A stretch of 32,000 nt of DNA from Paenibacillus tarimensis (GCF_021532315.1 NZ_JAKGAO010000007.1:140285-172284); one strand, 5' to 3'. Counted from the first letter of the stretch, positions 22,608 to 31,667 are shown. Notes: generated by a model not told the origin, from the letters alone. Translations and numbers: made by a program.

Positions 22608-24458
22608 TTGGCTCACGCTCATGCGGTGAAACGGTATAGCGGCCTGATGGATTGGCTGACAACCGTGGACCATAAGAAAATCGGGATCCTGTACCTGATC
22701 TCCGGCGGCTTCTTCTTCCTCATCGGAGGTCTGGAAGCAATATTGATCAGGATACAGCTGTGGAAACCGATGAACAATTTCGTAAGTCCGGATACGTATA
22801 ACGAACTGCTCACAATGCATGGTACAACGATGATTTTCCTTGCTGCCATGCCAGTTATATTTGCCTTAATGAATGCCATAGTGCCGCTGCAGATCGGGGC
22901 GCGCGACGTCGCGTTCCCGTTCCTTAACTCGCTTGGGTTCTGGACATTCTTCTTCGGCGGCGTACTGCTTAATATCAGCTGGTTCACTTCAACGGGTGCC
23001 CCGGCGGCCGGCTGGACATCCTATGTACCGCTGGCTAGTCCAATGTTCAGTGAAGGCCACGGCGTAGATTACTATGTCATCGGTCTTCAGATATCAGGTT
23101 TAGGTACCCTTGTTGGCGGTATTAACTTCCTGGTAACGATTATCAACATGCGTGCACCGGGCATGAGCTTCATGCGTATGCCGATGTTTACCTGGACGGC
23201 GTTTATCACATCGGCGCTGATCCTGTTCGCCTTCCCGGCACTGACTGTCGGCTTGGTCGCGCTGATGTTCGACCGTTTGTTCGACGGCAACTTCTTCGAT
23301 CCAAGCTCAGGCGGTAACGTTGTGCTCTGGGAGCATATCTTCTGGATCTTCGGTCACCCTGAGGTGTACATTCTGATCCTGCCGGCATTCGGTATTATAT
23401 CCGAGATTGTCAGTACGTTCTCGCGTAAGCGGCTGTTCGGTTACAGCTCGATGGTCTTTGCAACCGTACTGATCGGCTTCCTGGGCTTCATGGTCTGGGC
23501 GCATCATATGTTCACAACTGGTCTTGGACCTGTAGCGAACTCGCTCTTCTCCATCGCAACGATGCTGATCGCGGTTCCGACAGGCATCAAGATTTTCAAC
23601 TGGCTGTTCACGCTGTGGGGCGGTTCGATTACATTCACATCCGCTAACCTGTTCGCGATCGGCTTCATTCCGACGTTCGTTATGGGTGGCGTAACGGGTG
23701 TCATGCTGGCGGCTGCGCCTGCTGACTTCCAATACCATGACTCGTACTTCGTCGTCGCGCATTTCCATTATGTTATCGTAGGCGGTCTGGTACTTGGCTT
23801 GTTCGCGGGTCTTCATTACTGGTGGCCGAAGATGTTCGGCCGGATGCTGAACGAAGGACTTGCGAAGCTGACCTTCTGGACCTTCTATATCGGCTTCCAT
23901 CTGACCTTCTTCGTACAGCATTTCCTGGGTCTGATCGGTATGCCGCGCCGGGTATACACATACCTGGACGGCCAAGGCTTTAACGGCATGAACCTGGTAA
24001 GTACGGTTGGTGCTATCCTGATGGGTATTGGTACGATCATATTCCTGATTAACATTGCGGTCACAGCTGCAAAGCCGAAGAACGCTCCTGCCGATCCTTG
24101 GGTCGACGGACGTACGCTGGAGTGGTCGATTCCATCTCCTGCGCCTGAATACAACTTTGCTCAAACTCCGCTGGTACGTGGTTATGATGCACTGTGGAAG
24201 GAAAAGATGGACGGAAACAAAGGCATGACGCCTGCGGAGCCGCTTGGTCCGATTCATATGCCGTCACCATCGATTCTTCCGTTCTTCATGTCACTCGGAC
24301 TGTTCATTATGGGCTTCGGTCTGATGTACCATCAATGGATTTTGACAGGTACCGGAGCACTCATGACATTCGGTTGTATGTTCCTGCGCTCGGTATATGA
24401 CGATCATGGCTTCCATATCGACCCGGATGAACTCAAAGACAAGGGGGTTAAAGCGTGA
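22608..24458 (+). CDS. ctaD: Cytochrome c oxidase subunit I
   Basis: TTG start follows GGGGG. The canonical heme-copper oxidase motifs are WFFGHPEVYILILPAFG (here IFWIFGHPEVYILILPAFG), WAHHMFTTG and HFHYVIVGG, across about 14 TM helices. Confidence 0.95.
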   Translation: MAHAHAVKRYSGLMDWLTTVDHKKIGILYLISGGFFFLIGGLEAILIRIQLWKPMNNFVSPDTYNELLTMHGTTMIFLAAMPVIFALMNAIVPLQIGARDVAFPFLNSLGFWTFFFGGVLLNISWFTSTGAPAAGWTSYVPLASPMFSEGHGVDYYVIGLQISGLGTLVGGINFLVTIINMRAPGMSFMRMPMFTWTAFITSALILFAFPALTVGLVALMFDRLFDGNFFDPSSGGNVVLWEHIFWIFGHPEVYILILPAFGIISEIVSTFSRKRLFGYSSMVFATVLIGFLGFMVWAHHMFTTGLGPVANSLFSIATMLIAVPTGIKIFNWLFTLWGGSITFTSANLFAIGFIPTFVMGGVTGVMLAAAPADFQYHDSYFVVAHFHYVIVGGLVLGLFAGLHYWWPKMFGRMLNEGLAKLTFWTFYIGFHLTFFVQHFLGLIGMPRRVYTYLDGQGFNGMNLVSTVGAILMGIGTIIFLINIAVTAAKPKNAPADPWVDGRTLEWSIPSPAPEYNFAQTPLVRGYDALWKEKMDGNKGMTPAEPLGPIHMPSPSILPFFMSLGLFIMGFGLMYHQWILTGTGALMTFGCMFLRSVYDDHGFHIDPDELKDKGVKA

Positions 24459-25072
24459 GCGAGTTATCACATGTAGATGGTCAACTGCCGCATGAGCCGG
24501 AGAAGGCGACCCTCGAAGGCCGTAATAAAGTGCTCGGCTTCTGGCTTTTCCTTGGCGGTGAGGTCGTCCTGTTCGGTACCTTGTTCTCCGTGTACCTGGC
24601 CCTTCGGGATCAGATACTTGATGGACCACCTCCGCAGGAGCTGTTCTCGCTTCCGCTGGTTGCGATTGCGACGCTCATCCTGCTGACATCGTCGCTGACG
24701 AGTGTGTTCGCGATCCAGGCGATGCATCGCAACAACCGGACAGCTCTGATCAACTGGCTGGTCGTTACCGTTCTTCTCGGCTTTGGATTTCTGGGCCTTG
24801 AAATTTACGAGTTTATACATTATGCACATGAAGGTCACACGTTCAGTGCCAGTGCTTTCAGTACATCGTTCTATACGCTGGTCGGCTTCCACGGCGCCCA
24901 CGTAGCTTTCGGTGTACTCTGGATTTCCCTTCTGATCGCCCAGCTGTTCAAGAAAGGGCTGACGGTAGTCACGGCCCCTAAGGTATATGTTGCCGGTCTG
25001 TACTGGCATTTTGTAGACGTGGTGTGGGTATTTATCTTCTCCGTCGTTTACCTGATGGGAAAGGTGGGCTAA
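24455..25072 (+). CDS. ctaE: Cytochrome c oxidase subunit III
   Basis: GTG start overlaps the ctaD stop (GTGA). The 205-aa, 5-TM protein has subunit III motifs (FWLFLGGEVVLFG, GFHGAHVAFG, YWHFVDVVWVFIF). Confidence 0.9.
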   Translation: MSELSHVDGQLPHEPEKATLEGRNKVLGFWLFLGGEVVLFGTLFSVYLALRDQILDGPPPQELFSLPLVAIATLILLTSSLTSVFAIQAMHRNNRTALINWLVVTVLLGFGFLGLEIYEFIHYAHEGHTFSASAFSTSFYTLVGFHGAHVAFGVLWISLLIAQLFKKGLTVVTAPKVYVAGLYWHFVDVVWVFIFSVVYLMGKVG

Positions 25073-25076
25073 ACCT

Positions 25077-25394
25077 ATGGCAGACAATCATGCGACTGCT
25101 TCAGAGCCGAAGAGACGTCACCGGGTGGAAGGCCCGAAGAAGCATGTTATATCATTCATTTTCTCACTCGTACTGACTGCAATCGCGTTCGCGCTCGTTA
25201 TGTCGGGTGAGATGAACACAATGTTTATCTATATCATGCTGATCGCGATGGCGATTGGCCAGGTATTCATTCAGATGGCATTCTGGATGCATATGAAGGA
25301 TCGCGGTCATATGTACTCGATCGTTGGTATTATAAGCGGCGTGTTCGTCGTATTCACGATGGTCGTTATGGCATTGTATTGGGTTTGGTGGTAA
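25077..25394 (+). CDS. ctaF: Cytochrome c oxidase subunit IV (caa3 type)
   Basis: A 105-aa, 3-TM protein immediately after ctaE. The HVISFIFSLVLTAIAF...QVFIQMAFWMHM pattern is typical of CtaF/QoxD-like subunits. Confidence 0.8.
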   Translation: MADNHATASEPKRRHRVEGPKKHVISFIFSLVLTAIAFALVMSGEMNTMFIYIMLIAMAIGQVFIQMAFWMHMKDRGHMYSIVGIISGVFVVFTMVVMALYWVWW

Positions 25395-25479
25395 ACTAGA
25401 TAGTAGTATCGATAGTTGGGGAGGCGTGTCGCACTTGGGACCGCCTCCCTTTCCGAATTTATGGCAAGGGGGATCCCAA

Positions 25480-26391
25480 ATGCTGGACTTGCAGTACTTC
25501 AGCTTTGAAGAATTGTGGAGCCCGTTCTTCTTCTTCTTCATGGCTGGGCTGGTAATACTCTACTTCTATATGATCGGCCCCTGGCGGGAGAATCACGTCC
25601 CGGATGAGCCGAAAGCTACCATTTCGCAGCGCTGCTATTTTGTTGTGGCAGCCATACTGTACTACCTGGCACAGGGCGGACCTCTAGAACTGCTCGGCCA
25701 TCTGAATTTCACCTTTCACATGGTGAATATGTCACTGTCCTATCTGATCGTACCGCCGCTTGCCCTGCTTGGTATTCCGGGATTCTTGTGGCGCAAGGCA
25801 TTCTCAGCGAATATCTGGAAACGTCTCAGCTGGCTGATGCATCCGCTGCTTACCCTGCTTTTGTTCAACATGCTGTTCTCGCTGTATCATGTGCCGGTCG
25901 TGCATGACTTCGTCATGACCCATTTTACAGTCCACCGGATCTACTATATGGTTCTGCTTGTTACTTCTTTCATGATGTGGTGGCAAATCGTATGCCCGGT
26001 TCCGGAATGGAGCCGGCTTAGCGACGTGAAGAAGATGGGGTATATCTTCGCGAACGGCGTCCTGCTGACGCCAGCGTGTGCGCTCATTATATTCTCGGGT
26101 GAACCGCTGTACGCGATCTATAATGACCCTGCTGTATGGGTCACAGCGATGGGATACTGCCTTACGGGGGACCCGGCGCTGCTGCTGCAGCAGATTAGCG
26201 GCCCGGACCATTTCACCATGACGAATGCGCTGGAGGACCAGCAGGCAGGCGGCATTATTATGAAGCTTGTGCAGGAAGTGATGTACGGCGCTATTCTTGC
26301 CTATGTCTTCTACAGCTGGTTCCGCAGAGAGCATTCCAGTGAGGATGATCCAATGCCTTCCCAGACCGAGCATGCCGGCGGCAATGCCTAG
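25480..26391 (+). CDS. ctaG: Cytochrome c oxidase assembly factor CtaG (Bacillus Caa3_CtaG family)
   Basis: ATG at 25480 follows AAGGGGGA at 6-nt spacing. The polytopic membrane protein occupies the conserved position after ctaF. The track start at 25426 gives an implausible Pro-rich extension. Confidence 0.78.
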   Translation: MLDLQYFSFEELWSPFFFFFMAGLVILYFYMIGPWRENHVPDEPKATISQRCYFVVAAILYYLAQGGPLELLGHLNFTFHMVNMSLSYLIVPPLALLGIPGFLWRKAFSANIWKRLSWLMHPLLTLLLFNMLFSLYHVPVVHDFVMTHFTVHRIYYMVLLVTSFMMWWQIVCPVPEWSRLSDVKKMGYIFANGVLLTPACALIIFSGEPLYAIYNDPAVWVTAMGYCLTGDPALLLQQISGPDHFTMTNALEDQQAGGIIMKLVQEVMYGAILAYVFYSWFRREHSSEDDPMPSQTEHAGGNA

Positions 26392-26442
26392 CAAACCGGT
26401 TGAATGGCTTGATAGATTACAGTAGCATATTGGATGGAAGAG

Positions 26443-26479
26443 AAGGCTGAACTCCTAGTGGAGTTTGGCCTTTTTTTAA
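26443..26479 (+). terminator. Rho-independent terminator of the cta operon
   Basis: AAGGCTGAACTCC (26443-26455) pairs with GGAGTTTGGCCTT (26460-26472) as 13 bp with two G-U pairs and a 4-nt loop. TTTTTTT follows. Confidence 0.8.
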
Positions 26480-26529
26480 TGTATATAATGTCTTTAAGAA
26501 TTCTTTACAAAAAAATGCAGCAGAATGGA

Positions 26530-26558
26530 TTGACAATTACTGTTAGTGTGATTATAGT
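26530..26558 (+). promoter_or_regulatory. Sigma-A promoter of the GntR/ABC operon
   Basis: A consensus TTGACA (26530-26535), a 17-nt spacer, then TATAGT (26553-26558). Confidence 0.55.
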
Positions 26559-26587
26559 GTGTATAAAGATATACACACTATAATCAC
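26548..26587. promoter_or_regulatory. Perfect 18-bp inverted repeat (probable operator of the YtrA/GntR-type repressor) overlapping the -10 box
   Basis: GTGATTATAGTGTGTATA (26548-26565), AAGA, then TATACACACTATAATCAC (26570-26587). There are no mismatches, and the left arm contains the -10 hexamer. Confidence 0.6.
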
Positions 26588-26591
26588 TGAT

Positions 26592-26633
26592 AAGCACAGC
26601 ACAATACAAGCACAGCACAATACAAGCACAGCA
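26592..26633 (+). repeat. 16-bp direct tandem repeat, 2.6 copies, in the operon leader
   Basis: AAGCACAGCACAATAC occurs at 26592-26607 and 26608-26623. A partial copy AAGCACAGCA lies at 26624-26633. Confidence 0.85.
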
Positions 26634-26680
26634 TCCATACAGTGACTGCTTGGAGGACATCAGCTATAAGGAGGACGGAT

Positions 26681-27406
26681 ATGAACGTATGGGCTGGCGG
26701 GTGGAGAATTGCCCGATTCGAATTGAAGAATTCCTGGTTAGGCGTATTATTTACCCTTCTATTCTTCACTTACATAGTCGTTATTGCCGGTCCTGCTCTA
26801 GGACACGAAGGCATTCTAAATGATACGAGCTATACGAATTGGCTGTTCTTTGATTTTATCTACCTAACGGTACTGCCGAACCTGGGATTTGTAATGAATG
26901 TTTCCTTCGTCCGTTACTGGCGGGAGGATCACTCCAGCAGGAAGCTGGCGATGTGGAGAACCATGCCGATCTCAATGGATCAGATTGCGCTCGGCAGAAT
27001 CATGCAGATGGTGCTGACGGCTGTCCCGGTAGCAGTGTTATTCTTCGGAATGCAGTACTGGCTGCTGGGTGAATCGCGAGCTGAGGTTCCTTTGGACGGC
27101 TATCTCAGTTACTGTCTCTTGTGGTTCAGCTACAGCATGCTGGTAGGAACAGGTTATATGCTTCTCGAATACGGAACCTCAGGGAAAAAGTACACGTTGT
27201 TCAGCTTCTTCTTCCTCCTCCTGTATGCATCAATCATACTGCTGTTGTGGTGGATGGAAATCAGCTTCCTCCGTCTAACCTTCGAATGGGCGGCTGCAGG
27301 CAGCTGGACACCGGCTTTAATCGCAGCAGGCATCGCAGTTATGGCATTAGTGACAGGCTATTGGATACTGAAGCGGCGGCTGCATCGCCGGAATTTCCTA
27401 GAGTGA
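26681..27406 (+). CDS. Polytopic membrane protein (241 aa), probable permease partner of the adjacent ABC ATPase
   Basis: ATG at 26681 follows AAGGAGG. The product has about 6 TM helices (WLGVLFTLLFFTYIVVIAG, FFDFIYLTVLPNLGFVM, IMQMVLTAVPVAVLFFGMQYWLL, ...). The function is inferred from context only. Confidence 0.65.
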   Translation: MNVWAGGWRIARFELKNSWLGVLFTLLFFTYIVVIAGPALGHEGILNDTSYTNWLFFDFIYLTVLPNLGFVMNVSFVRYWREDHSSRKLAMWRTMPISMDQIALGRIMQMVLTAVPVAVLFFGMQYWLLGESRAEVPLDGYLSYCLLWFSYSMLVGTGYMLLEYGTSGKKYTLFSFFFLLLYASIILLLWWMEISFLRLTFEWAAAGSWTPALIAAGIAVMALVTGYWILKRRLHRRNFLE

Positions 27407-27419
27407 GGAAGGTGAAGCC

Positions 27420-27848
27420 GTGTGGATTCCGGTCCAAATCAATGAGCAGAGCGCAGAACCCCTCTATCATCAGATTAAAGTACAGCTTCGGGCATTGATT
27501 GTCAGCGGACAGTTAGCCGAAGGCACACTGCTTCCTTCCATAAGGGAATTTTCCCAGCAGGTAAAATGCAGCGTCATCACGATCCGCCGGGTATATCAGG
27601 ATCTGGAGAATGAAGGTCTGCTCCGTACGCGACAGGGTACTGGCACTTTCGTAGCCAAGGTCGGAGAACAGGAGCGAGACCGGCACAGGCTGGATAGTGT
27701 AGTGAAGGCGCTGGAAGAGGCGGTTGATGCAGGCAGGCGCGTACAGTGTGATGAGGAAGAGCTCCGGCGGTTGTTCGAGCAGGTGGTGAAGGAGCGGCTC
27801 TCGGCTGAGCAGAACAGTCATAGCCAGCCAGATTATGAAGGTGATTAA
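27420..27848 (+). CDS. GntR-family transcriptional regulator, short YtrA-like subfamily
   Basis: The winged-HTH reads PLYHQIKVQLRALIVSGQLAEGTLLPSIREFSQQVKCSVITIRRVYQDLENEGLLRTRQGTGTFV. A short (~60-aa) helical C-terminus follows. GTG start lies after GAGGAAGGTGA. Confidence 0.88.
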   Translation: MWIPVQINEQSAEPLYHQIKVQLRALIVSGQLAEGTLLPSIREFSQQVKCSVITIRRVYQDLENEGLLRTRQGTGTFVAKVGEQERDRHRLDSVVKALEEAVDAGRRVQCDEEELRRLFEQVVKERLSAEQNSHSQPDYEGD

Positions 27849-27876
27849 CCTGGCGTCATTGGGGAGGGGAGCATAA

Positions 27877-28800
27877 GTGACAGAGACAGCAGTAAGGTTG
27901 AGCGGTGTGAAGCTGAAACGGCCGAATTTTCAGCTTGGACCGATTAATCTGGAAGTGCCGCGCGGCTGTGTAACGGCCATTGTAGGCCCCAACGGATCGG
28001 GGAAGAGCTCGACATTCCGCATGATCCTGGATGTGACCAAGCCGGATGAGGGAGAGATTGAGCTGCTCGGCGAGCGTGTTGAGCCCGGCAGCAGCAGCGA
28101 CACGGCGCTCCGCCAGCGCATCGGGTATCTGCAGGAAGAATCGCTATCCCATGAACGGGGCTTCCGGGCCTCGGAGAAAGCGGCTTTCGTCAGCCAGTGG
28201 TACAGCGGGTGGGATGTGAACCGGTATCAGGAGCTGCTGCGCATCTTCGAGATTGATCCCTCCCTGAAGCTTGGCAAGATGTCGAAGGGAATGCGGCGTA
28301 AATTTGATCTGGCGGTCGTGCTAGCGCACAATCCTGAGCTGCTTATCCTGGATGAACCGTCCTCCGGACTGGACCCGCTGGCTTGGAAGCAGATGATTGA
28401 GCTTCTGCACCGCTATATGGAAGCCGGTTATCATACGATTCTGCTGTCTACGCACATTATCGAAGAAGTGAAACGTCTGGCGGATTATATCGTATTTCTT
28501 GTTCGAGGGCGCGTTCTCGGCGTATATGAGAAGGATGAGCTGCTAAGCAGCTGGTTCGTCTACTTCTTCACTGATCGGGAGCTGGCAGCAAGAGCGGACA
28601 TTCAGATTGAGTCCATACCGGGGAAGCAGAGTCTGGAGCGGATGACCGGTATGGTGAAGATTACCACGGACAAGGCCGTTGAAGCAGAAGATTGGCTTAG
28701 ACAGCAGGGCATAACAGCAGCAGGCAAGCAGGCACTAGAGCTTGATGACATACTCGAATTATTGGTAGAACGACAAAGGCTGCTGACGCGGCACTCATGA
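27877..28800 (+). CDS. ABC transporter ATP-binding protein (YtrB-like) with C-terminal extension
   Basis: Walker A GPNGSGKSS, signature-like MSKGMRRK, Walker B LLILDEPSSGLD and H-loop STHI are present. About 90 extra C-terminal residues follow. Confidence 0.9.
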   Translation: MTETAVRLSGVKLKRPNFQLGPINLEVPRGCVTAIVGPNGSGKSSTFRMILDVTKPDEGEIELLGERVEPGSSSDTALRQRIGYLQEESLSHERGFRASEKAAFVSQWYSGWDVNRYQELLRIFEIDPSLKLGKMSKGMRRKFDLAVVLAHNPELLILDEPSSGLDPLAWKQMIELLHRYMEAGYHTILLSTHIIEEVKRLADYIVFLVRGRVLGVYEKDELLSSWFVYFFTDRELAARADIQIESIPGKQSLERMTGMVKITTDKAVEAEDWLRQQGITAAGKQALELDDILELLVERQRLLTRHS

Positions 28801-28813
28801 AAGGAGAACGAAT

Positions 28814-29716
28814 ATGAATCCTCTTGTAGTTGACAAGGTAGTAAAGCAGTACGGGGACAAAACAGCCGTTAACGGCATCAGCCTGGAGGTAGGGCAAGGC
28901 GAGATTTACGGGCTGCTCGGCGCCAACGGTGCAGGCAAGACGACGACGATGCGGATGGTGCTCGGACTTATTTATCCGGATGGGGGCAGCATTCATTATA
29001 ACGGTAAGCCGTACAGCAAGGAACAGCTCCGCAACATGGGTTATCTGCCGGAAGAGCGCGGCCTGTATCCGAAGGTAAAGATCAAGGATCAGATTATCTA
29101 TCTGGCACAGCTGAGAGGCATGGACCGCAAGACGGCCGACCGCAACCTGAAGATATGGCTGGAGAAATTCAATGTACCGGAGTATTACGATAAGAAGGTC
29201 GAGGAGCTCTCCAAGGGCAACCAGCAGAAAATTCAGTTCATCGCGGCTGTGATCCATGAACCGCAGATTCTAATTCTCGACGAAGCGTTCAGCGGTCTTG
29301 ATCCGGTTAACGTCGAGCTGCTTAAGACAACCGTTAAAGAGCTGCGGGACGCGGGGAAAACAATCCTGTTCTCCACGCACCGTATGGAGCATGTCGAGGA
29401 GCTATGCCGTAATATCACAATTCTTCACCGTTCCAACCCTGTTCTTCAGGGCAGCATCAAGGAGATCAAGAAGCAGTTCCCGAAGGAGCGCGTCATGGTT
29501 GGTATCGATGGAACGCTGACGGGGCTCGATAAGCTTCCCGGAGTGAAGCAGGTAATCCAGCATGAGAATGGTTTTGAAGTGAAGATCGAGAATGCCGGAG
29601 CTGCCCAAGGGATTCTGGCCCATGCGATGTCGCAGGGTGAGGTTACCCGGTTCGAAGTAATGGAACCAACGCTGAATGAAATATTTATCCGATCGGTGGG
29701 TGAGAAAATTGAGTAA
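28814..29716 (+). CDS. ABC transporter ATP-binding protein (NatA/YhaQ-like, ABC-2 exporter type)
   Basis: Walker A GANGAGKTTT, the Q-loop, signature LSKGNQQK, Walker B ILILDEAFSGLD and H-loop STHRM are present. There is a DUF4162-like C-terminal domain. Confidence 0.9.
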   Translation: MNPLVVDKVVKQYGDKTAVNGISLEVGQGEIYGLLGANGAGKTTTMRMVLGLIYPDGGSIHYNGKPYSKEQLRNMGYLPEERGLYPKVKIKDQIIYLAQLRGMDRKTADRNLKIWLEKFNVPEYYDKKVEELSKGNQQKIQFIAAVIHEPQILILDEAFSGLDPVNVELLKTTVKELRDAGKTILFSTHRMEHVEELCRNITILHRSNPVLQGSIKEIKKQFPKERVMVGIDGTLTGLDKLPGVKQVIQHENGFEVKIENAGAAQGILAHAMSQGEVTRFEVMEPTLNEIFIRSVGEKIE

Positions 29717-31001
29717 TTTCAAGAATGTCGTAGCCTTCACACTGAGCAACAAGGTCCGTGCCAAATCGTTCGTTATTACGACGCTCATTATTGCTATTAT
29801 TCTAAGTGTTGTCGTGAATCTTCCGTATATTATTTCGCAATTTTCTTCCGATGAGCCCGATAAGCTGGGGTTTATTGAGTCTAACGTTCCACAGGTAAGC
29901 GCTGAATTGAAAGATTATTTTGACACGCAGGAGAACAGCGGCATCAAGCTTGTCAGCTATCCGGATGCCGGTTCGCCGGATGCCAATGAGAAGGCATTGA
30001 AGGATGCAATGGAAGCGGGCGAAATCAAAGGCTATCTGGACTATGTACAGCCGGAGGGTGCGGCATTCCCGAATGTCGTGATTAAGTCGGAGGATCTGCT
30101 TGATTCGATGTCGGGTGCTGTGTCCACAGGTCTGCAGCAGATCAAGATGGAGATGGTTCTGCAGGATGCCCAGCTGACGGATGCCCAGCGCGAGATGCTA
30201 TTCGCACCTGTAGATGTTAGCACCGTACAGATCTCGACAACAGGCGGTGCCGGTTCAGTCGGAGACGGCAAGACGCCAGAAGAGCGCGGCCTGGCCATGG
30301 GTCTGGTGTATGCCCTTATCATTGTTCTGTTCATGGGCGTCATGATCTCCGGCCAGCTTATTGCAAGTGAAATTACAGCGGAGAAGAGCTCGCGTGTTAT
30401 GGAAGTGCTAGTAACCAGTGTGTCGCCGCTGACTCAGATGTTCGGTAAAATCATCGGCATGCTGCTTGTCGGTCTGATCCAGATTGGCGTGTACGTTGTC
30501 GTCTTCCTGATCAACCTGGGCCTGCCGCATAACAGCGAAATGCTTAGTGAAATGAACATTGATCTGTCCGCAATTGATCCGATGCTTCTAGTCTATGCGG
30601 CAATCTTCTACTTTGCAGGTTACTTCCTGTATGCAACATTGTTCGCTGCAGTAGGCTCGATCGTCAGCCGCACAGAGGACCTGGGCCAGGCGGTTATGCC
30701 GATTACGTTCCTCTCACTGGCCGGCTTCTACATTGCAATCTTCGGAATGACGACACCGAATGCGACGTTCATCGAAGTTTCATCGTTCATCCCGTTCTTC
30801 TCGCCATTCATCATGTTCCTGCGGATCGGCCTATCCGATCCTGCGCTGTGGGAAGTGCTGCTGTCGATCGGCATTCTGTTCGGTTCGATCTTCCTGTTCG
30901 GCTGGCTGTCGGCACGCATCTACCGCACCGGCGTCCTGATGTACGGCAAGCGCCCAAGCTTCAAGGAGCTGCGCAAGGCGATGAAGGCTTATAAGCTGTA
31001 A
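29676..31001 (+). CDS. ABC-2 family permease (NatB/YhaP-like)
   Basis: An N-terminal TM is followed by a ~170-aa extracytoplasmic domain and five C-terminal TMs, the ABC-2 topology, directly after the ATPase. The start is ambiguous: ATG 29676, GTG 29700 or TTG 29709, all overlapping the upstream gene. Confidence 0.8.
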   Translation: MKYLSDRWVRKLSNFKNVVAFTLSNKVRAKSFVITTLIIAIILSVVVNLPYIISQFSSDEPDKLGFIESNVPQVSAELKDYFDTQENSGIKLVSYPDAGSPDANEKALKDAMEAGEIKGYLDYVQPEGAAFPNVVIKSEDLLDSMSGAVSTGLQQIKMEMVLQDAQLTDAQREMLFAPVDVSTVQISTTGGAGSVGDGKTPEERGLAMGLVYALIIVLFMGVMISGQLIASEITAEKSSRVMEVLVTSVSPLTQMFGKIIGMLLVGLIQIGVYVVVFLINLGLPHNSEMLSEMNIDLSAIDPMLLVYAAIFYFAGYFLYATLFAAVGSIVSRTEDLGQAVMPITFLSLAGFYIAIFGMTTPNATFIEVSSFIPFFSPFIMFLRIGLSDPALWEVLLSIGILFGSIFLFGWLSARIYRTGVLMYGKRPSFKELRKAMKAYKL

Positions 31002-31044
31002 TTGTCATAGTGATTTGACAATAAATGAGTTTTCGTCACTGCTG

Positions 31045-31082
31045 AGATCCCTCTAAACTTTTGTTTAGAGGGATCTTTTTAT
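31045..31082 (+). terminator. Rho-independent terminator
   Basis: AGATCCCTCTAAAC (31045-31058) pairs with GTTTAGAGGGATCT (31063-31076) as a perfect 14-bp stem with a TTTT loop. TTTTTATT follows. Confidence 0.85.
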
Positions 31083-31259
31083 TACAAGGATTTGTCTGGT
31101 CCCTGAGCAGCAAACGAAGATTATAAGGCAATTATTGCTTTAGCACCTGTAGGTCACATTACAAATGATTTAGAAGTTTCTGTAAGAGCGGGACATTCGC
31201 CTTGGGAATACGATAAACGGTACCTAAGCAAACGGGAAAAGAAAGGGCGATGGCTGATT

Positions 31260-31646
31260 ATGACGCAGCAAATGAATACCAACACAGTGATTCCGCAACC
31301 CGCTGGAAGCATGAATTCGAACATGCCGCATACAGGGACGTCTCTTGTCCAGACTATTCAACACTGTGCTGCTACGTGTGAACACATGTTCTTGATGATG
31401 GCCGCTTCTTCGGACGCAGCGTCACGAACACAGCAAATTCTGTTTTTGCGGGATTGTGCAGATATCTGCGCGTCGACAGCGCAATTTCTTGCGAGAAACA
31501 GCGTGTTTTCACGACAATTACTGTCTATATGCGCTTTCGTATGTGAGACCTGCGGCAGCGAATGTGCGAAGTACTCGGATCCGCATTCCCAGCATTGTGC
31601 ACAAATATGTCTGCACTGTGCCCGTGAATGCAAGCAGTGGGTATAA
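31260..31646 (+). CDS. Cysteine-rich four-helix-bundle protein (DUF326 / Csp3-like copper-binding family)
   Basis: Twelve Cys residues occur in repeated CxxxC / CxxC-type spacing on predicted helices (HCAATCEHM, DCADICAS, ICAFVCETCGSEC, HCAQICLHCAREC). Confidence 0.72.
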   Translation: MTQQMNTNTVIPQPAGSMNSNMPHTGTSLVQTIQHCAATCEHMFLMMAASSDAASRTQQILFLRDCADICASTAQFLARNSVFSRQLLSICAFVCETCGSECAKYSDPHSQHCAQICLHCARECKQWV

Positions 31647-31667
31647 GATCCATACTATAGCAGGAAA

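Noticed and set aside
23307-24257. 316-aa minus-strand ORF, plus similar long antisense ORFs at 24467-25087, 25804-26394, 5142-5606, 11629-12108, 28697-29257, 9228-9737, 16094-16519 and 17460-17858
   Set aside because: Each lies entirely inside, and antisense to, a gene with unmistakable family motifs (ctaD, ctaE, ctaG, amidase, pilB, ABC ATPase, giant protein, pilD, pilMN). Their translations are Arg/His/Cys/Pro-rich with no RBS, which is typical of shadow ORFs in GC-rich coding DNA.
26592-26633. Possible CRISPR array or mobile-element terminal repeat
   Set aside because: It consists of only 2.6 contiguous 16-bp units with no spacers, so it is a simple tandem repeat. No cas genes or transposase are present anywhere in the window.
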